DNA of 32,000 nt from Candidatus Saccharimonadota bacterium (GCA_027925225.1 AP027131.1:600001-632000), one strand, 5' to 3'. Counted from the first letter of the stretch, positions 11,687 through 24,089 are shown. Notes: generated from the letters alone by a model not told the origin. Made by a program: numbers and translations.

Positions 11687-12612
11687 TATTTGTTTTCTTC
11701 TAAATATTTTTTTGCCTCAAGAGCAGCAATCGCCCCATCAGAAGTTGCAATTACTAATTGTCTATATTTTTTTTCTATTACATCTCCTGCTGCAAAAACT
11801 CCTTTAATTTTTGTTTTATTATTTTTATCTACAATAATATATTTATTTTTATTTAAAATTTCAAAAGGGAGAAAAGACGTATTTGGAATTCACCCTATAT
11901 AAGTAAATATTCCAGAAACTTTTATTTCTCTTTCTTTTTTTGTTTTTGAATCTTCTATAATAATAGATTTAATATTTCCATTTAAATGATTTATTTTTTT
12001 AATTACTGAATTATTATAAATTTCAACATTTTTGTTTTCTTTTAATTCTTTTGTTATATATTCAAAAGCTGTTGGTTCATTTGTAATATTTACAATATTT
12101 AATTTATCAACAAAATTAATAGCAAAAATGCTTTCTTCTAAAGCCGAATTTCCTCCACCTATTACTGCAATTTTTTCACCTTTATAAAATGGCGCATCAC
12201 AAATTAAACAAGTATGAATTCCTTTTCCAAAAAGTAAATTATAATCATTTATTTCTAGTTTTTTTGCAGTTAATCCAGTTGCAATTATTACTATTCTTGT
12301 TTTAATAATTTTTTTATCTTTTAGATAAATAATTTTAATTTCTTTATCTAAATCATCTATCTTTTCTATTTCTTCTATTAAAATTTTTGCTCCTAATTTT
12401 TTAGCATGATTTAAAAAATCAATTGCTATTTCAGAACCAGTTTTCCCAATAATTCCTGTGTAATTTTCAACCCTAAAAGTATTAAGTAATTTCCCTCCAG
12501 GAACACTATTTTCAATAATTAAATTATCTATCGATAATCTTGATAGATAAATAGAAGCTGTAAGACCTGCTGGTCCCGCTCCTAAAATCACTACATCATA
12601 ATCAACTTTCAT
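11686..12612 (-). CDS. trxB: thioredoxin-disulfide reductase
   Basis: 308 aa. Motifs seen: GAGPAG, a redox CxxC (CLIC), GGGNSALEE, GVFAAGD. Confidence 0.9.
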
Positions 12613-12614
12613 AA

Positions 12615-13619
12615 TTAATATTCAGTTATAATAGTTTTTTTAAATTTTTCTACTTTTAAAAAATTTAAATTTCCAACATATATATTATATTTCTTTTTGT
12701 TCTTCTTAATATTTAATAAAAAATTATTAAAGCTTAATTTAAAAATAATAAGATTTCAAAAATTTGTTAAATTACTAAAAATTTGTTTCTTTTTTTGCTT
12801 GTAATTAAATTTTATTCACACTTCTTTTTTAACAAAAAGAAATTGATAATAATACATAATAAATAAACCGATAAACATAAAAATTAATGCTAAAACAAAA
12901 GAAGTGGGAACGTTGCCAATATGCATTATAAAAGTATTATCTCTAAATAATTCTAAACTGGCCCTTATCATTCCATATCAAAATAAATAAAAACCAGCAT
13001 GAACTCCAGGTTTTATTTTTTTAGAATTTTTTAAAATTGAAATTATTATTATTCATCCTAAAAAATCTAAAATAGATTCATATAAAAATAAAGGTTGTCT
13101 ATAGGCATCATCAATATACATATGTTCCCTTATAAATTCTGGAAGCATAGCTAAATCATTTGCTGCCACATTACCATAAACATCTTGTTGAAAAAAATTT
13201 CCTCATCTCCCTATTGCTTGCCCTAAAAGAATATTAGGAAGAAATATAGAAAGCGCAAATCTTGTTTCGATATAAGATGCATGAAATTTTGTATAATAAA
13301 AAATTCATAGATAAACAAAAAAGATGGAACCTAAAATTGATCTCCCTGAGGAAATTGAAAACAAGGAAACAAATCCTTGAAAATCTGATGGGTTAAATAT
13401 TAGATACCAAATTCTTGCACCTAATAAAGCAATAATTACACCAAATCCAATAAGAATAAAGAAATCAAATTTATCATATTTCTTTTTTCTTCATTCATAA
13501 TATGAGAATATTAAAAAGGCAAAAAAACCTAAAGTAAATAAAATACCATATCACGAAACAGAAATTGGACCTATGGTAAAAGCTGTTGCAAAGTCATTTT
13601 CCAGTAAAAGTCCACCAAT
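12615..13619 (-). CDS. lgt: prolipoprotein diacylglyceryl transferase with Lys-rich C-terminal extension
   Basis: The frame was checked codon by codon and has 9 TGA=Trp. The Lgt signature [13 protein letters not shown] is present. No ATG, GTG or TTG start is available, and the first plausible start is ATT at 13619-13617. Confidence 0.8.
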
Positions 13620-13632
13620 CTTTTATGATTAT

Positions 13633-15261
13633 TTACATATTCTCTATTATATCTATTCCAAGCAATTTATATATTCTTTGATATAAATTATTAAAAAGAA
13701 TAATTAAGGAAACTCGCTCTTTAGTTAGAGCATCATCCTTACTTATTATCTTATAAGAACTATAATACGAATGAAAAACTGAGGCCATTTCTTTTAAATA
13801 ATTTAATAAAATATTGGGCTCTCTGTTTTTATAAACAGAATCTATAATATAATCAAATTCAAGCATTTTTTTAATTAATAAAAACTCTTTATTTTCTTTT
13901 AAAGAGAATATTAGTTTGAATGATTTTTTAAGAGGTTTTGTTGTATTTTCTAATTTATATTTTTTAAATAAATTAAAAATTCTTGCATTAACATATTGTG
14001 TATATCAATAAGGATTATTTAAATTTTTGTTATTTATCTCATCAATTTCAATTACTAAATTTTGTTCTTTTAATTTAGAAATCATATTAAATCTTAAAAT
14101 ATTTTTTCCTATCATTTCTAATGTTTCATTTATTGTTAATGCATTACCCTTTCTTTTTGACATTTTTACTTCTTCACCATTTTTAGCTATTTTAACCATT
14201 GAAATATAATCAACAATTAATTTTTTACTATCATATCCCAAAATATCCAAAGCGGCTTTTACTCTTTTCTCATATCCGTGGTGATCCATACCTCAAAGAT
14301 TTATCATTAAATCAAATCCTCTATTATATTTTTCAATATGATTAGCAACATCTGCAACCATATATGTAAGTGCATTATTACTTTTTCTTAAAACTCTATC
14401 TTTATCATCTCCAAATAATGAAGTTTGAAGTCAACTTGCTCCATCTTTCTCAAAATAATGTGGTGTTTTTTTAATAATTTCAAAAAATTTATCAACTTTT
14501 TTATCATCAAAAAGTTTTTGCTCTGAAGTAAAAACTTCAAATTTTTTTAATCCTAAATTTTCAAGGGTTTTTTCTATTTCTTTTAAAAAATGTTCTTTTG
14601 CATTTCCTAAAATATAATCATATTTATATTCTTTTGATTCATTAAATAAAATATTTGCATATTCTATAATTTCAGATCCATGATATGCAATAGAATTTAA
14701 ATTTTCTTTTAAAGAAGGATCTACTAATCTTTCATAATAATAAAAAACTGAATTTGCTAAATTTATAATTTGATTTCCAGCATCATTTATATAATATTCT
14801 CTCACAATTTTTTGTTTTAAATATTCAACAGTATTTATATAAATATCTCCAACAACTGCATTTCTTGCATGACCAATATGAAGATTACCAGTAGGATTTG
14901 CTGAAACAAATTCATAATTAATATATTTATCTTTTAAATTTAAATTCGGAACATATTCTTTATTTGCAAATTCAACTAATTTTTTTGTAATAAAACTTTG
15001 ATTTAATTTGAAATTTAAAAATCCTGGATTTGTAATAGAAATTTCTTCAAAATAGTTTTTATAATTTTCTTCTAAAAAAATTTTAATATTTTTTGCTAAT
15101 TTAATCGGAGGAATTAATAAATCGGAACTTAATTTTAAAGCTAAATTTGTAGAATAATTTACATCATTTTTGTCATTTATTTTAAAAATTTCAATTTTTG
15201 GATAATATTTTTCTTTTTCATCAAAATAATTTACTAAAATATCAATAATTTCTTTTTTCAT
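13633..15261 (-). CDS. argS: arginine--tRNA ligase
   Basis: Three fragments in one frame give 542 aa. The HIGH motif (NLHIGHARN) is present and the C-terminal anticodon-binding region ends in ...IIENM. Confidence 0.9.
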
Positions 15262-15262
15262 T

Positions 15263-16432
15263 TTATATACTTACTCCTACTTTTTTGCTAAAATTTTTGT
15301 CATTTGATTTGTTTTTTATAATTGAAGAAACTTCTCTTAATGAATAAATAGAATTATCAATTAAAATTTTTGCTTCATTTTTTTTAGTAGTATAAAGAAA
15401 ATTGATGCTCTTATTTAATGTAATTATGTTTCATGTTTGATTTTTTTGTTCTGGAATAATTTCATTTTTCAAATTATTTATTTCTTCTTCTGTTTCATAT
15501 ACTTTTGGCAATCTTTTTTCTAAAATATTTGTTGATAATTGTTTAATAATATTATCATTTTCTTCTTCTTGAATTTTTCGCAATGCATTTAAAAATAAAA
15601 TATCATCTAATTTTAAAAATTCTTTTACACTTAATTCTTTTTTATATAAAGGAAGCAATAATTCATCATATTTATTATTTAATAAATTATTATCATTTAA
15701 AAATCTTAGTCTATTAAATAATCAAATAAACTGTTCCTGTAAACTAAAACTTTTTAGATTTTTATAAACACTTTTATTCATATGCAATCTTGCTAAAACA
15801 ATACTTTCTACAAGTGAAAGAGCTTTATATTGAAAAACTAACTCATTTTTAAAAATTAAAATATTTTTAAGTAAATAATTTAAATCAATTTTTCCAAAAA
15901 GAGCGCCCGTAAAATATGAATCTCTAAGTAAATAATCAATCCTATCTGCATCTATTTCTGAAGAAATCAATTGATTTATTCATCTTAATGGATGCTTACC
16001 TTTTAAAATTAAAATTGTTTCTTTTAAAACATCAGGATGATATTTTAAAAAAATTTTATTAATCTCTGTTTCATCTGAAGTAATTATTTTTAGTGAATAT
16101 TTTTCATGCTTAATTTGTGAAATATTTTCAAAAGAATGAGAAAATATACCATGACCTAAATCATGTAAAAGAGCCGCAGAAAGAATAGCTCTTTCAGTAT
16201 TTTCATTTATTTCTGCTTTTAAAACATTCAGCATTCTTCTTGCAATTTCATAAACTCCTAATGAATGAAGATATCTTGTAAAAGTTGCAGCAGGAAAAAG
16301 AAAATCTGTAAAACCCAAATGGCTAATTCAATGTAATCTTCTAAATTCTTTTGTTTCCATTAAATTAAAGATTAATTCATCTTCTATTAAAATTTCTCCA
16401 AGTACAGGATCAACAATGTATTTTTTTTTCAC
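15263..16432 (-). CDS. HD-domain phosphohydrolase (dNTP triphosphohydrolase-like)
   Basis: 389 aa. Start is GTG 16432-16430 behind AGGTG. Motifs seen: RYLHSLGV, LLHDLGHGIFSH, DADRIDYLLRDSYFTG. Confidence 0.8.
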
Positions 16433-16449
16433 TTATAAACACCTATTTA

Positions 16450-17889
<1,440 letters not shown>

Positions 17890-17970
17890 TTATTAATATT
17901 TTTAAAAAAGAAAAATACTAACATTAAAAATGTTAAATTAATTATTAAAATTTTTTAGATTTATATTAAT

Positions 17971-18150
17971 TTAATATAAATCTTCATCTTCTAAAAGATA
18001 AATATGACTTGATTCTAAATTATTATCAACTTGCTGTGTAATATTTACTTGACTTTCAGTATTGTCTTCAATTTTAGGTAAATAAATAATTAACATAATA
18101 AAAATTCCAAGTAACAATATAGAAATAATAATTAATAAAATTAATTTCAT
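17971..18150 (-). CDS. 59-aa single-TM peptide with acidic C-terminus (hypothetical)
   Basis: ATG 18150-18148 follows AGGAGAAATTTAG. The sequence is MKLILLIIISILLLGIFIMLIIY...EDEDLY. A hairpin plus T-run lies downstream at about 17917-17935. Confidence 0.45.
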   Translation of the reverse strand: MKLILLIIISILLLGIFIMLIIYLPKIEDNTESQVNITQQVDNNLESSHIYLLEDEDLY

Positions 18151-18216
18151 CTAAATTTCTCCTATTTTCAAAAGTATTATATAATAAGAAATTAATTTTT
18201 ATTAAATTAATTAATT

Positions 18217-18867
18217 TTAAATATTTAGGTTTTTTTTATCAATTAATTCAAAAAAACTATTTAAATTAGTTTTGTATTTATTTACTTTTTTAAATTTAGA
18301 TTTATATTTTTCAATATCAGATATTACAAAAAGATGATAAAGATCAATTGCAAATATTTCTAATTTATTATTCCTTATTGTACATATAACTCTGAGTTCT
18401 TTAGAAGTTTTATTATGTTCATTATTTTCAATATGATGTAATTTTAAATGATAAATTTCCTCAGATATTAAAAATCCTAAATTTAGAGAAAATAAAATTC
18501 TTTTTATTCGCCCATCTTTTTTAATTTTAAAAGGATCCTTTTCTTTTCTATCGTTTGAAAGAGCTAGATTCATAAGATTATTAATATAATCTTTTTTATT
18601 TTGAAAATATTCACAAATATTTTTATAAATAAAATCTAAATATTCATTTTCATCTGGTTTGTGAATTTTGACCATATTTGTAAAAGTGTAATTTTTTAAT
18701 ATATAAGATTTTTTAGCTAAAAGATTAATAAAAATTTCATTAGGATATTCTTCATTTTTTTTGTCAAATTTACTTAAAGATATTTTTCTATTAAGAGATA
18801 AATTTTTCTTAAAATTAACAGAATGAATTGTATTTTGATTTATTTTTTCTAAATCAATTTTATCCAT
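18217..18867 (-). CDS. hypothetical 216-aa protein, downstream partner of the DUF4065-like gene
   Basis: Uninterrupted ATG...TAA ORF starting 9 nt after the upstream stop. The C-terminal segment ELRVICTIRNNKLEIFAIDLYH vaguely recalls the RelE/HigB strand pattern. No firm family. Confidence 0.6.
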   Translation of the reverse strand: MDKIDLEKINQNTIHSVNFKKNLSLNRKISLSKFDKKNEEYPNEIFINLLAKKSYILKNYTFTNMVKIHKPDENEYLDFIYKNICEYFQNKKDYINNLMNLALSNDRKEKDPFKIKKDGRIKRILFSLNLGFLISEEIYHLKLHHIENNEHNKTSKELRVICTIRNNKLEIFAIDLYHLFVISDIEKYKSKFKKVNKYKTNLNSFFELIDKKNLNI

Positions 18868-18876
18868 ATTTAAATA

Positions 18877-19431
18877 TTAATATTCTTCTCTTTTAAAATA
18901 TTCTTCAATTATATTTTCAGATAAAATTTCTTTAGAATTTTTATCTTCTAAATTTCATGCTTCAATTCAAGAATTATCTTTATGGCTTCAATTAACTAAT
19001 GAAAAATCACTAATATCAAAAATATTGTTTAATAAAAAATCATCAATAAAATTTTTTGATTCATTATTTTCATTCATCTTTTTTGAATACAAAGAAAACT
19101 CATCTTTTATATTTTCATTTAATTTATTTTTAGATACTTTCATATATTCTTTATATTCTTCAAATATTTCTTTTTCAACAGGCCCAAATTGTCTTGCTTG
19201 AAATTTTGGATTAGAAAAAAGATAAATATTATCTTTTTTAATAATTTCACCTTCTTCATTTTCATTTTTTATTTCTTGATTTAATTTTTTATTAAAACCA
19301 CCTCAATAAGCAAATAAAAAATAAATTGATTTTTGAAATTTAATTGAAGAAATTTTCTTATTATATTTCTTTTCATAAAGAAGTGTAATATATTTTGCTA
19401 AATCTTTTTTATTATAAATACCTTTTTGCAT
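18877..19431 (-). CDS. DUF4065 / Panacea-domain-like protein (SocA/GepA-type putative antitoxin)
   Basis: 184 aa with 4 TGA=Trp. The pattern IKFQKSIYFLFAYWGG...FQARQFGPVEKEIFEEYKEY matches the remembered DUF4065 core (KLQKLLYF...W..GPV...vY..yk). Confidence 0.6.
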
Positions 19432-19522
19432 ATCAAATATGTAACTCCTTTTTAAAAATATAATTAATTAATCTAATTGTCTCAAATATTTTTTAATATT
19501 TATTAAATAAAATTATATAAAA

Positions 19523-20626
19523 TTAAACATTAAACTTAAAATTACAAATATCACCATCTTTTACAATATAATCTTTTCCTTGAAGGGAAATTAATCCTTT
19601 TTCTTTAAGAATTTTTTCATCGGGTGTTTTTTTAAAATCATTATATGAAATTACTTCGGCTTTAATAAAACCTCTCTCTATATCTGAATGAATTTCTCCA
19701 GCAGCAGCAGGAGCAAAAGTGCCTTTTTTTATTGCTCAAGCTCTAACTTCTTTTGGCCCAGCTGTAAAAAAAGTTTCCATATTTGCAATTTTAAAAATCT
19801 TTTCTGTAATTAAATTTAAACCATTTTCTTTTAAGGAAAATTCATTTAAAAATTCCTTTTTAGAATCTTCATCTAGCTTTGAAATTTCAAATTCAAATTT
19901 TGCTGAAATAATTTCATAATTTAAATTATTTTTTATTAAATAATTACTAATAAAGTCTTTTGTTTCATTATTTAACCCGTTTATTAATTCTTCTTCAGAA
20001 ATATTGATTACATAAAAAAATGGTTTTAAAGTAAGAAAATTAAAACCTTTTAATATTTTTTCTTCTTGTTCGGTAAAAAAATGTTCAAAAAGAAAAACTT
20101 CTCTTTCTAAAAGAGATTTAACTTTTCTCATTAAAGCCACCAATTCTTGATCTTCTTTATTATTAGGAGAAGAAGAAGATTTTTTTTTATTTCTATTTAA
20201 TCAATTTTCAGTTTGTTCTAAATCAGAAAAAATTAATTCTAAATTTATTATTTTTAAATCTCTTAAGGGATTTAGATTTTTTTCAACATGAATTATTTTT
20301 TCATCAGAAAAACCCCTTATTAAATGAATAATTGCATCCACTTCTTTTATATTATTTAAAAATTTATTTCCTAGTCCTTCGCCTTTATGTGCATTTTTTA
20401 CAAGTCCTGCAATATCAAAAAATTGAATTTTATTATATTTTTTTATTTTACTTTTATAAGTATCGGCGAGAAAATCAACCCTCTTATCTTTTATTTCTAT
20501 AATAGAAATATTAGGATCTATTGTTGCAAAAGGATAATTTTCAGCTTCTACACTTGAATTTGTAATTGCATTAAAAAGAGTGGATTTTCCAACATTTGGT
20601 AAACCGATTATCCCAATTTTTATCAT
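19523..20626 (-). CDS. ychF: redox-regulated ribosome-binding ATPase YchF
   Basis: 367 aa. The G1 motif GIIGLPNVGKSTLFNAIT is present, and the C-terminal TGS-like region ends in DGDICNFKFNV. RBS is GAAGGAGAA. Confidence 0.9.
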
Positions 20627-20639
20627 AATAATTCTCCTT

Positions 20640-21470
20640 CTAATCTAATTCTAAAATTTCCTTTAATTTCTCTAAAACAAAACTATTATCCAATTTTACT
20701 ATTAGTTTATCTTTATTTAATTCTATATTTTGTTTTAACAAATTACTATAAAATGTTTTTCTTATTAATTTTTTATTATCTTTTTTTACTAAATTTTCAA
20801 CATCTCTTGTATTTAAATTTTTGCTTAAAATTTCTTTAAAAATATTTAATTGTTTTTCTTTTTCAAAATTAATAAGCATTTTAACTTTTCCAAAAGAAAT
20901 CTTATTTATAACTAAAGCTTCTAATATTTTTTCATCTAATTTACTTACTCTTAAAATATTACTAACATATGAACGAGATTTATTTATTTTTTTTGCAAGT
21001 TCCTCATGTGTTCAATTGTTTTTTTCTAATATATTTTTATATGCTAGACTTTCTTCTATTTTATTCAAACCTTCTCTTGAAGTATTTTCAATTAGAGCAA
21101 ATTCAGCAGATTTAGAATCTGTTACATTTTTTATAATAGAAGGTATTGATTTTATATTTAATAATTTAAAGGCGCGGAGTCTTCTTTCTCCTGCTATTAA
21201 AAAATATTGATTACTATTATTTTCATCTTCCTTTAAAAGTATTGGAAAAAGTAATCCATTTTCTTTTATAGAAAAAGCTAATTCTTTTAATTTTTTTTCA
21301 TTAAATTGTTTTCTGGGCTGATTAGGATTTTCTTTGATTTTTACTAAATCAACTGAAACCACTTCACCTAAAATATTATTTTGTTCTACATCATTTATTA
21401 AATTCTCTAAATTTTTATTAAAAATATTATTTAACCCTTTTTTATAATTATTTTTATTAAAATTACTCAC
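20640..21470 (-). CDS. parB: chromosome partitioning protein ParB/Spo0J
   Basis: 276 aa. Start is GTG 21470-21468, overlapping the parA end. Motifs seen: ENPNQPRKQF, IAGERRLRA, and the HTH WTHEELAKKINKSRSYVSN. Confidence 0.85.
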
Positions 21471-22242
21471 TGTAACCTCTTTTTAATTGTAAAAATTCCT
21501 CTATAAAACTTTCATAAGCTTTTGCACCTTTGCAATTTTTATCATAATCAAAAATACTTTGACCAGAAGAAGGAGATTCAGCTAATTTTATATTTATTGG
21601 GATTCTTGTTTTTAGAATTTTATCTTTAAAAAATATATTTAATTCTTTTTCTATTTCTTTAGAAAAATTAATTCTTTTATTAAATTTTGTAAGCAATATT
21701 CCATCAATATAAAGTTTTCTATTATATCTTTTTTTTACAATAGAAATTGTTTCTAAAAGTTGACTTAACCCTTCAAGCGAAAAATAATCTGCTTGCATTG
21801 GAATAATAAGTGAATTTGAAATTGAAAGTGCATTTTTACTCATAAGTCCAAGTGCAGGAGGACAATCAAAAATAATATAATCATATTCTTTTTTTATTTT
21901 TTCTATAAAAGGAAAAAAAATTAGTTCTTCTGTACGATTATCTCTTACAAGTTGTACTTCAACACCTGCAAGACCCATAGAAGAAGGGACCACATCAACA
22001 TTTTTTGTTGTTGTTTTTAAAATTAGTTTTTTTGGATCAAGATTTTTACTAATAATTAAGTCATAAACATCATAATTTGGATAATCATTATCTATACCAA
22101 TTCCTCTTGTCAAATTTGCTTGAGAATCTATATCTATTAATAAAACCTTTTTATTTTTAATTCCAAGACCAGCAGCCATATTTAAAGCTGTTGTAGTTTT
22201 ACCAATTCCTCCTTTTTGATTTATTATGCTTACAATTTTCAT
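21463..22242 (-). CDS. parA: chromosome partitioning ATPase ParA/Soj
   Basis: Deviant Walker A NQKGGIGKTT is present. ATG 22242-22240 is preferred over the track's TTG at 22260, because a TATAAT sits just upstream. Confidence 0.9.
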   Translation of the reverse strand: MKIVSIINQKGGIGKTTTALNMAAGLGIKNKKVLLIDIDSQANLTRGIGIDNDYPNYDVYDLIISKNLDPKKLILKTTTKNVDVVPSSMGLAGVEVQLVRDNRTEELIFFPFIEKIKKEYDYIIFDCPPALGLMSKNALSISNSLIIPMQADYFSLEGLSQLLETISIVKKRYNRKLYIDGILLTKFNKRINFSKEIEKELNIFFKDKILKTRIPINIKLAESPSSGQSIFDYDKNCKGAKAYESFIEEFLQLKRGYSE

Positions 22243-22286
22243 ATTAATAAAATTATACAAAGTTAATAATCTTTAAATTAAAAAAT

Positions 22287-22312
22287 AAAACCAAAATAAA
22301 AATTTTGGTTTT
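22287..22312 (-). terminator. rho-independent terminator closing the small-protein array
   Basis: Perfect 11-bp stem aaaaccaaaat/attttggtttt with a 4-nt loop, T-rich 3' side on the minus strand. It lies between array gene 1 and the parA promoter. Confidence 0.6.
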
Positions 22313-22340
22313 ATTATATGTAATATATTTATTAAAATCA

Positions 22341-22583
22341 TTAATTTTTTATAAAATACAATATTTTTTTTAAAAATTTACATATTGATTTATATAAATT
22401 TCAAATTGAAGCTATATAAAAACCTAAATCAAAAAAAATTCATGTTAAAAATAAAATTTTTAAAAGTTTTATTTCAAAATCAGTATGTTCTCAATGATCA
22501 ATTTGATTTTTTGTTAAAATTGTAAGATATATAAAAAATGTACCTAATCCTAAAAAAATAAAAAATAAAATAAAGTTTTTCAT
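22341..22583 (-). CDS. array paralog 1: 80-aa two-TM protein (divergent C-terminus)
   Basis: Sequence MKNFILFFIFLGLGTFFIYLTILTKNQIDHWEHTDFEIKLLKILFLTWIFFDLGFYIASIWNLYKSICKFLKKILYFIKN. RBS is AAAGGA. Confidence 0.65.
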
Positions 22584-22630
22584 ATTATTAAAATCCTTTC
22601 TATTTAATTTTAAAAATTCAAATAATAAAA

Positions 22631-22659
22631 AATACTTAAAATTGTTAATTTTAAGTATT
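22631..22659 (-). terminator. inter-unit hairpin terminator (downstream of paralog 2)
   Basis: 13-bp arms aatacttaaaatt / aattttaagtatt with a 3-nt loop, followed on the minus strand by TTTTTATTATTT. Confidence 0.6.
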
Positions 22660-22678
22660 TATAAAATTTAAAATATAT

Positions 22679-22927
22679 TTATTTATTTTCTTCTTTTTTA
22701 AAAATTAATTTTATAAATTTATATAAATTTCAAAATGAAGCCATAACAAATCCAAGATCTAAAATGCAAATTGATGTGAATAATACTTTTAAGATTTTAA
22801 AATCAAAATTTGGATCATTGTGCTCATTCGAAGAAAAAGAGTTAATTTCATTTTTTATATTTGCTGCAAAATATCCAAAAAGCATTCCTAATCCTAAAAA
22901 AATTAAAAATCATATAAATGTTTTCAT
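22679..22927 (-). CDS. array paralog 2: 82-aa two-TM protein
   Basis: Sequence MKTFIWFLIFLGLGMLFGYFAANIKNEINSFSSNEHNDPNFDFKILKVLFTSICILDLGFVMASFWNLYKFIKLIFKKEENK. The frame was verified. Confidence 0.7.
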
Positions 22928-22974
22928 ATTATTAAAATCCTTTCTATTTAATTTTAAAAATTAAAATAATAAAA

Positions 22975-23003
22975 AATACTTAAAATTAATAATTTTAAGT
23001 ATT
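22975..23003 (-). terminator. inter-unit hairpin terminator (downstream of paralog 3)
   Basis: Same 13-bp arms with loop aat and a T-run on the minus strand. Confidence 0.6.
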
Positions 23004-23022
23004 TATAAAATTTAAAATATAT

Positions 23023-23286
23023 TTATTTATTTTCTTCTTTTTTAAAAATTAATTTTATACATATATATAAATTTCAAAATGAAGCTGTTAAAAATCCAAA
23101 ATCAAAAAAAATTGATGCAGAAAATAATATTTTATAAAGTTTAAGATCAAAATAAGAATCATCATGATTATAGTGATTATAATCCTCTATTTTTTCCTTA
23201 AAATCAACTGTAAAATATATAAAAATCATTCCTAAACCTAAAAAAATAAGAAATCAAATTAAATTTTTTATATTAAATTTTTTCAT
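23023..23286 (-). CDS. array paralog 3: 87-aa two-TM protein
   Basis: Sequence MKKFNIKNLIWFLIFLGLGMIFIYFTVDFKEKIEDYNHYNHDDSYFDLKLYKILFSASIFFDFGFLTASFWNLYICIKLIFKKEENK. RBS is AAGGAGAA. Confidence 0.75.
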
Positions 23287-23333
23287 ATTTATTTATTCTC
23301 CTTATTTTAATTTTTAAAATTAAAATAATAAAA

Positions 23334-23362
23334 AATACTTAAAATTATTAATTTTAAATATT
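23334..23362 (-). terminator. inter-unit hairpin terminator (downstream of paralog 4), one mismatch
   Basis: Same arms, but the right arm reads aattttaaatatt (g to a), giving one mismatch. Confidence 0.5.
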
Positions 23363-23381
23363 TATAAAATTTAAAATATAT

Positions 23382-23645
23382 TTACTTATTTTCTTCTTTT
23401 TTAAAAATTAATTTTATACATATATATAAATTTCAAAATGAAGCTGTTAAAAATCCAAAATCAAAAAAAATTGATGCAGAAAATAATATTTTATAAAGTT
23501 TAAGATCAATATAAGAATCATTATGATTGTGATAATTATAATGATCAATTTCATATTTTGTATTTACTGTAAAATATATAAAAATCATTCCTAAACCTAA
23601 AAAAATAAAAAATCAAATAAAATTTTTTATACTAAACTTTTTCAT
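23382..23645 (-). CDS. array paralog 4: 87-aa two-TM protein
   Basis: Sequence MKKFSIKNFIWFFIFLGLGMIFIYFTVNTKYEIDHYNYHNHNDSYIDLKLYKILFSASIFFDFGFLTASFWNLYICIKLIFKKEENK. Confidence 0.75.
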
Positions 23646-23692
23646 ATTTATTATTACCTTTCGTTTTAATTTTAAAAATTAAAATAATAAAA

Positions 23693-23721
23693 AATACTTA
23701 AAATTGTTAATTTTAAGTATT
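23693..23721 (-). terminator. inter-unit hairpin terminator (downstream of paralog 5)
   Basis: Perfect 13-bp arms with loop gtt. Confidence 0.6.
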
Positions 23722-23740
23722 TATAAAATTTAAAATATAT

Positions 23741-23995
23741 TTACTTATTTTCTTCTTTTTTAAGAATTGATTTTATACAGATGTATAAATTTCAAAATGA
23801 AGCAATAAAAAAACCAAAATCTAAGAAAAGAAAAGAAGAAAATAAAACTCTTAACAATACATAGTCTTTATGTTCAAAATCAGGATAATTAGTATTAATT
23901 TCTTCCATTGTTTTTCCTAAAAAATATGCAAAAAGAATTCCCAATCCAAAAAAAATAAAAAATCAAATTAAGTTTTTTATATTAAAATTTTTCAT
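23741..23995 (-). CDS. array paralog 5: 84-aa two-TM protein
   Basis: Sequence MKNFNIKNLIWFFIFFGLGILFAYFLGKTMEEINTNYPDFEHKDYVLLRVLFSSFLFLDFGFFIASFWNLYICIKSILKKEENK. Confidence 0.75.
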
Positions 23996-24041
23996 ATTTA
24001 TTTATTCTCCTTATTTTAATTTTAAAATTAAGAAAATAAAA

Positions 24042-24070
24042 AATACTTAAAATTGTTAATCTTAAGTATT
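24042..24070 (-). terminator. inter-unit hairpin terminator (downstream of paralog 6), one mismatch
   Basis: The right arm reads aatcttaagtatt (t to c), giving one mismatch. Confidence 0.5.
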
Positions 24071-24089
24071 TATAAAAATTAAAATATAT

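Noticed and set aside
22764-22964. Plus-strand 66-aa track ORF inside the array
   Set aside because: It is antisense to array paralog 2. The minus-strand frame is the one conserved across all seven units.
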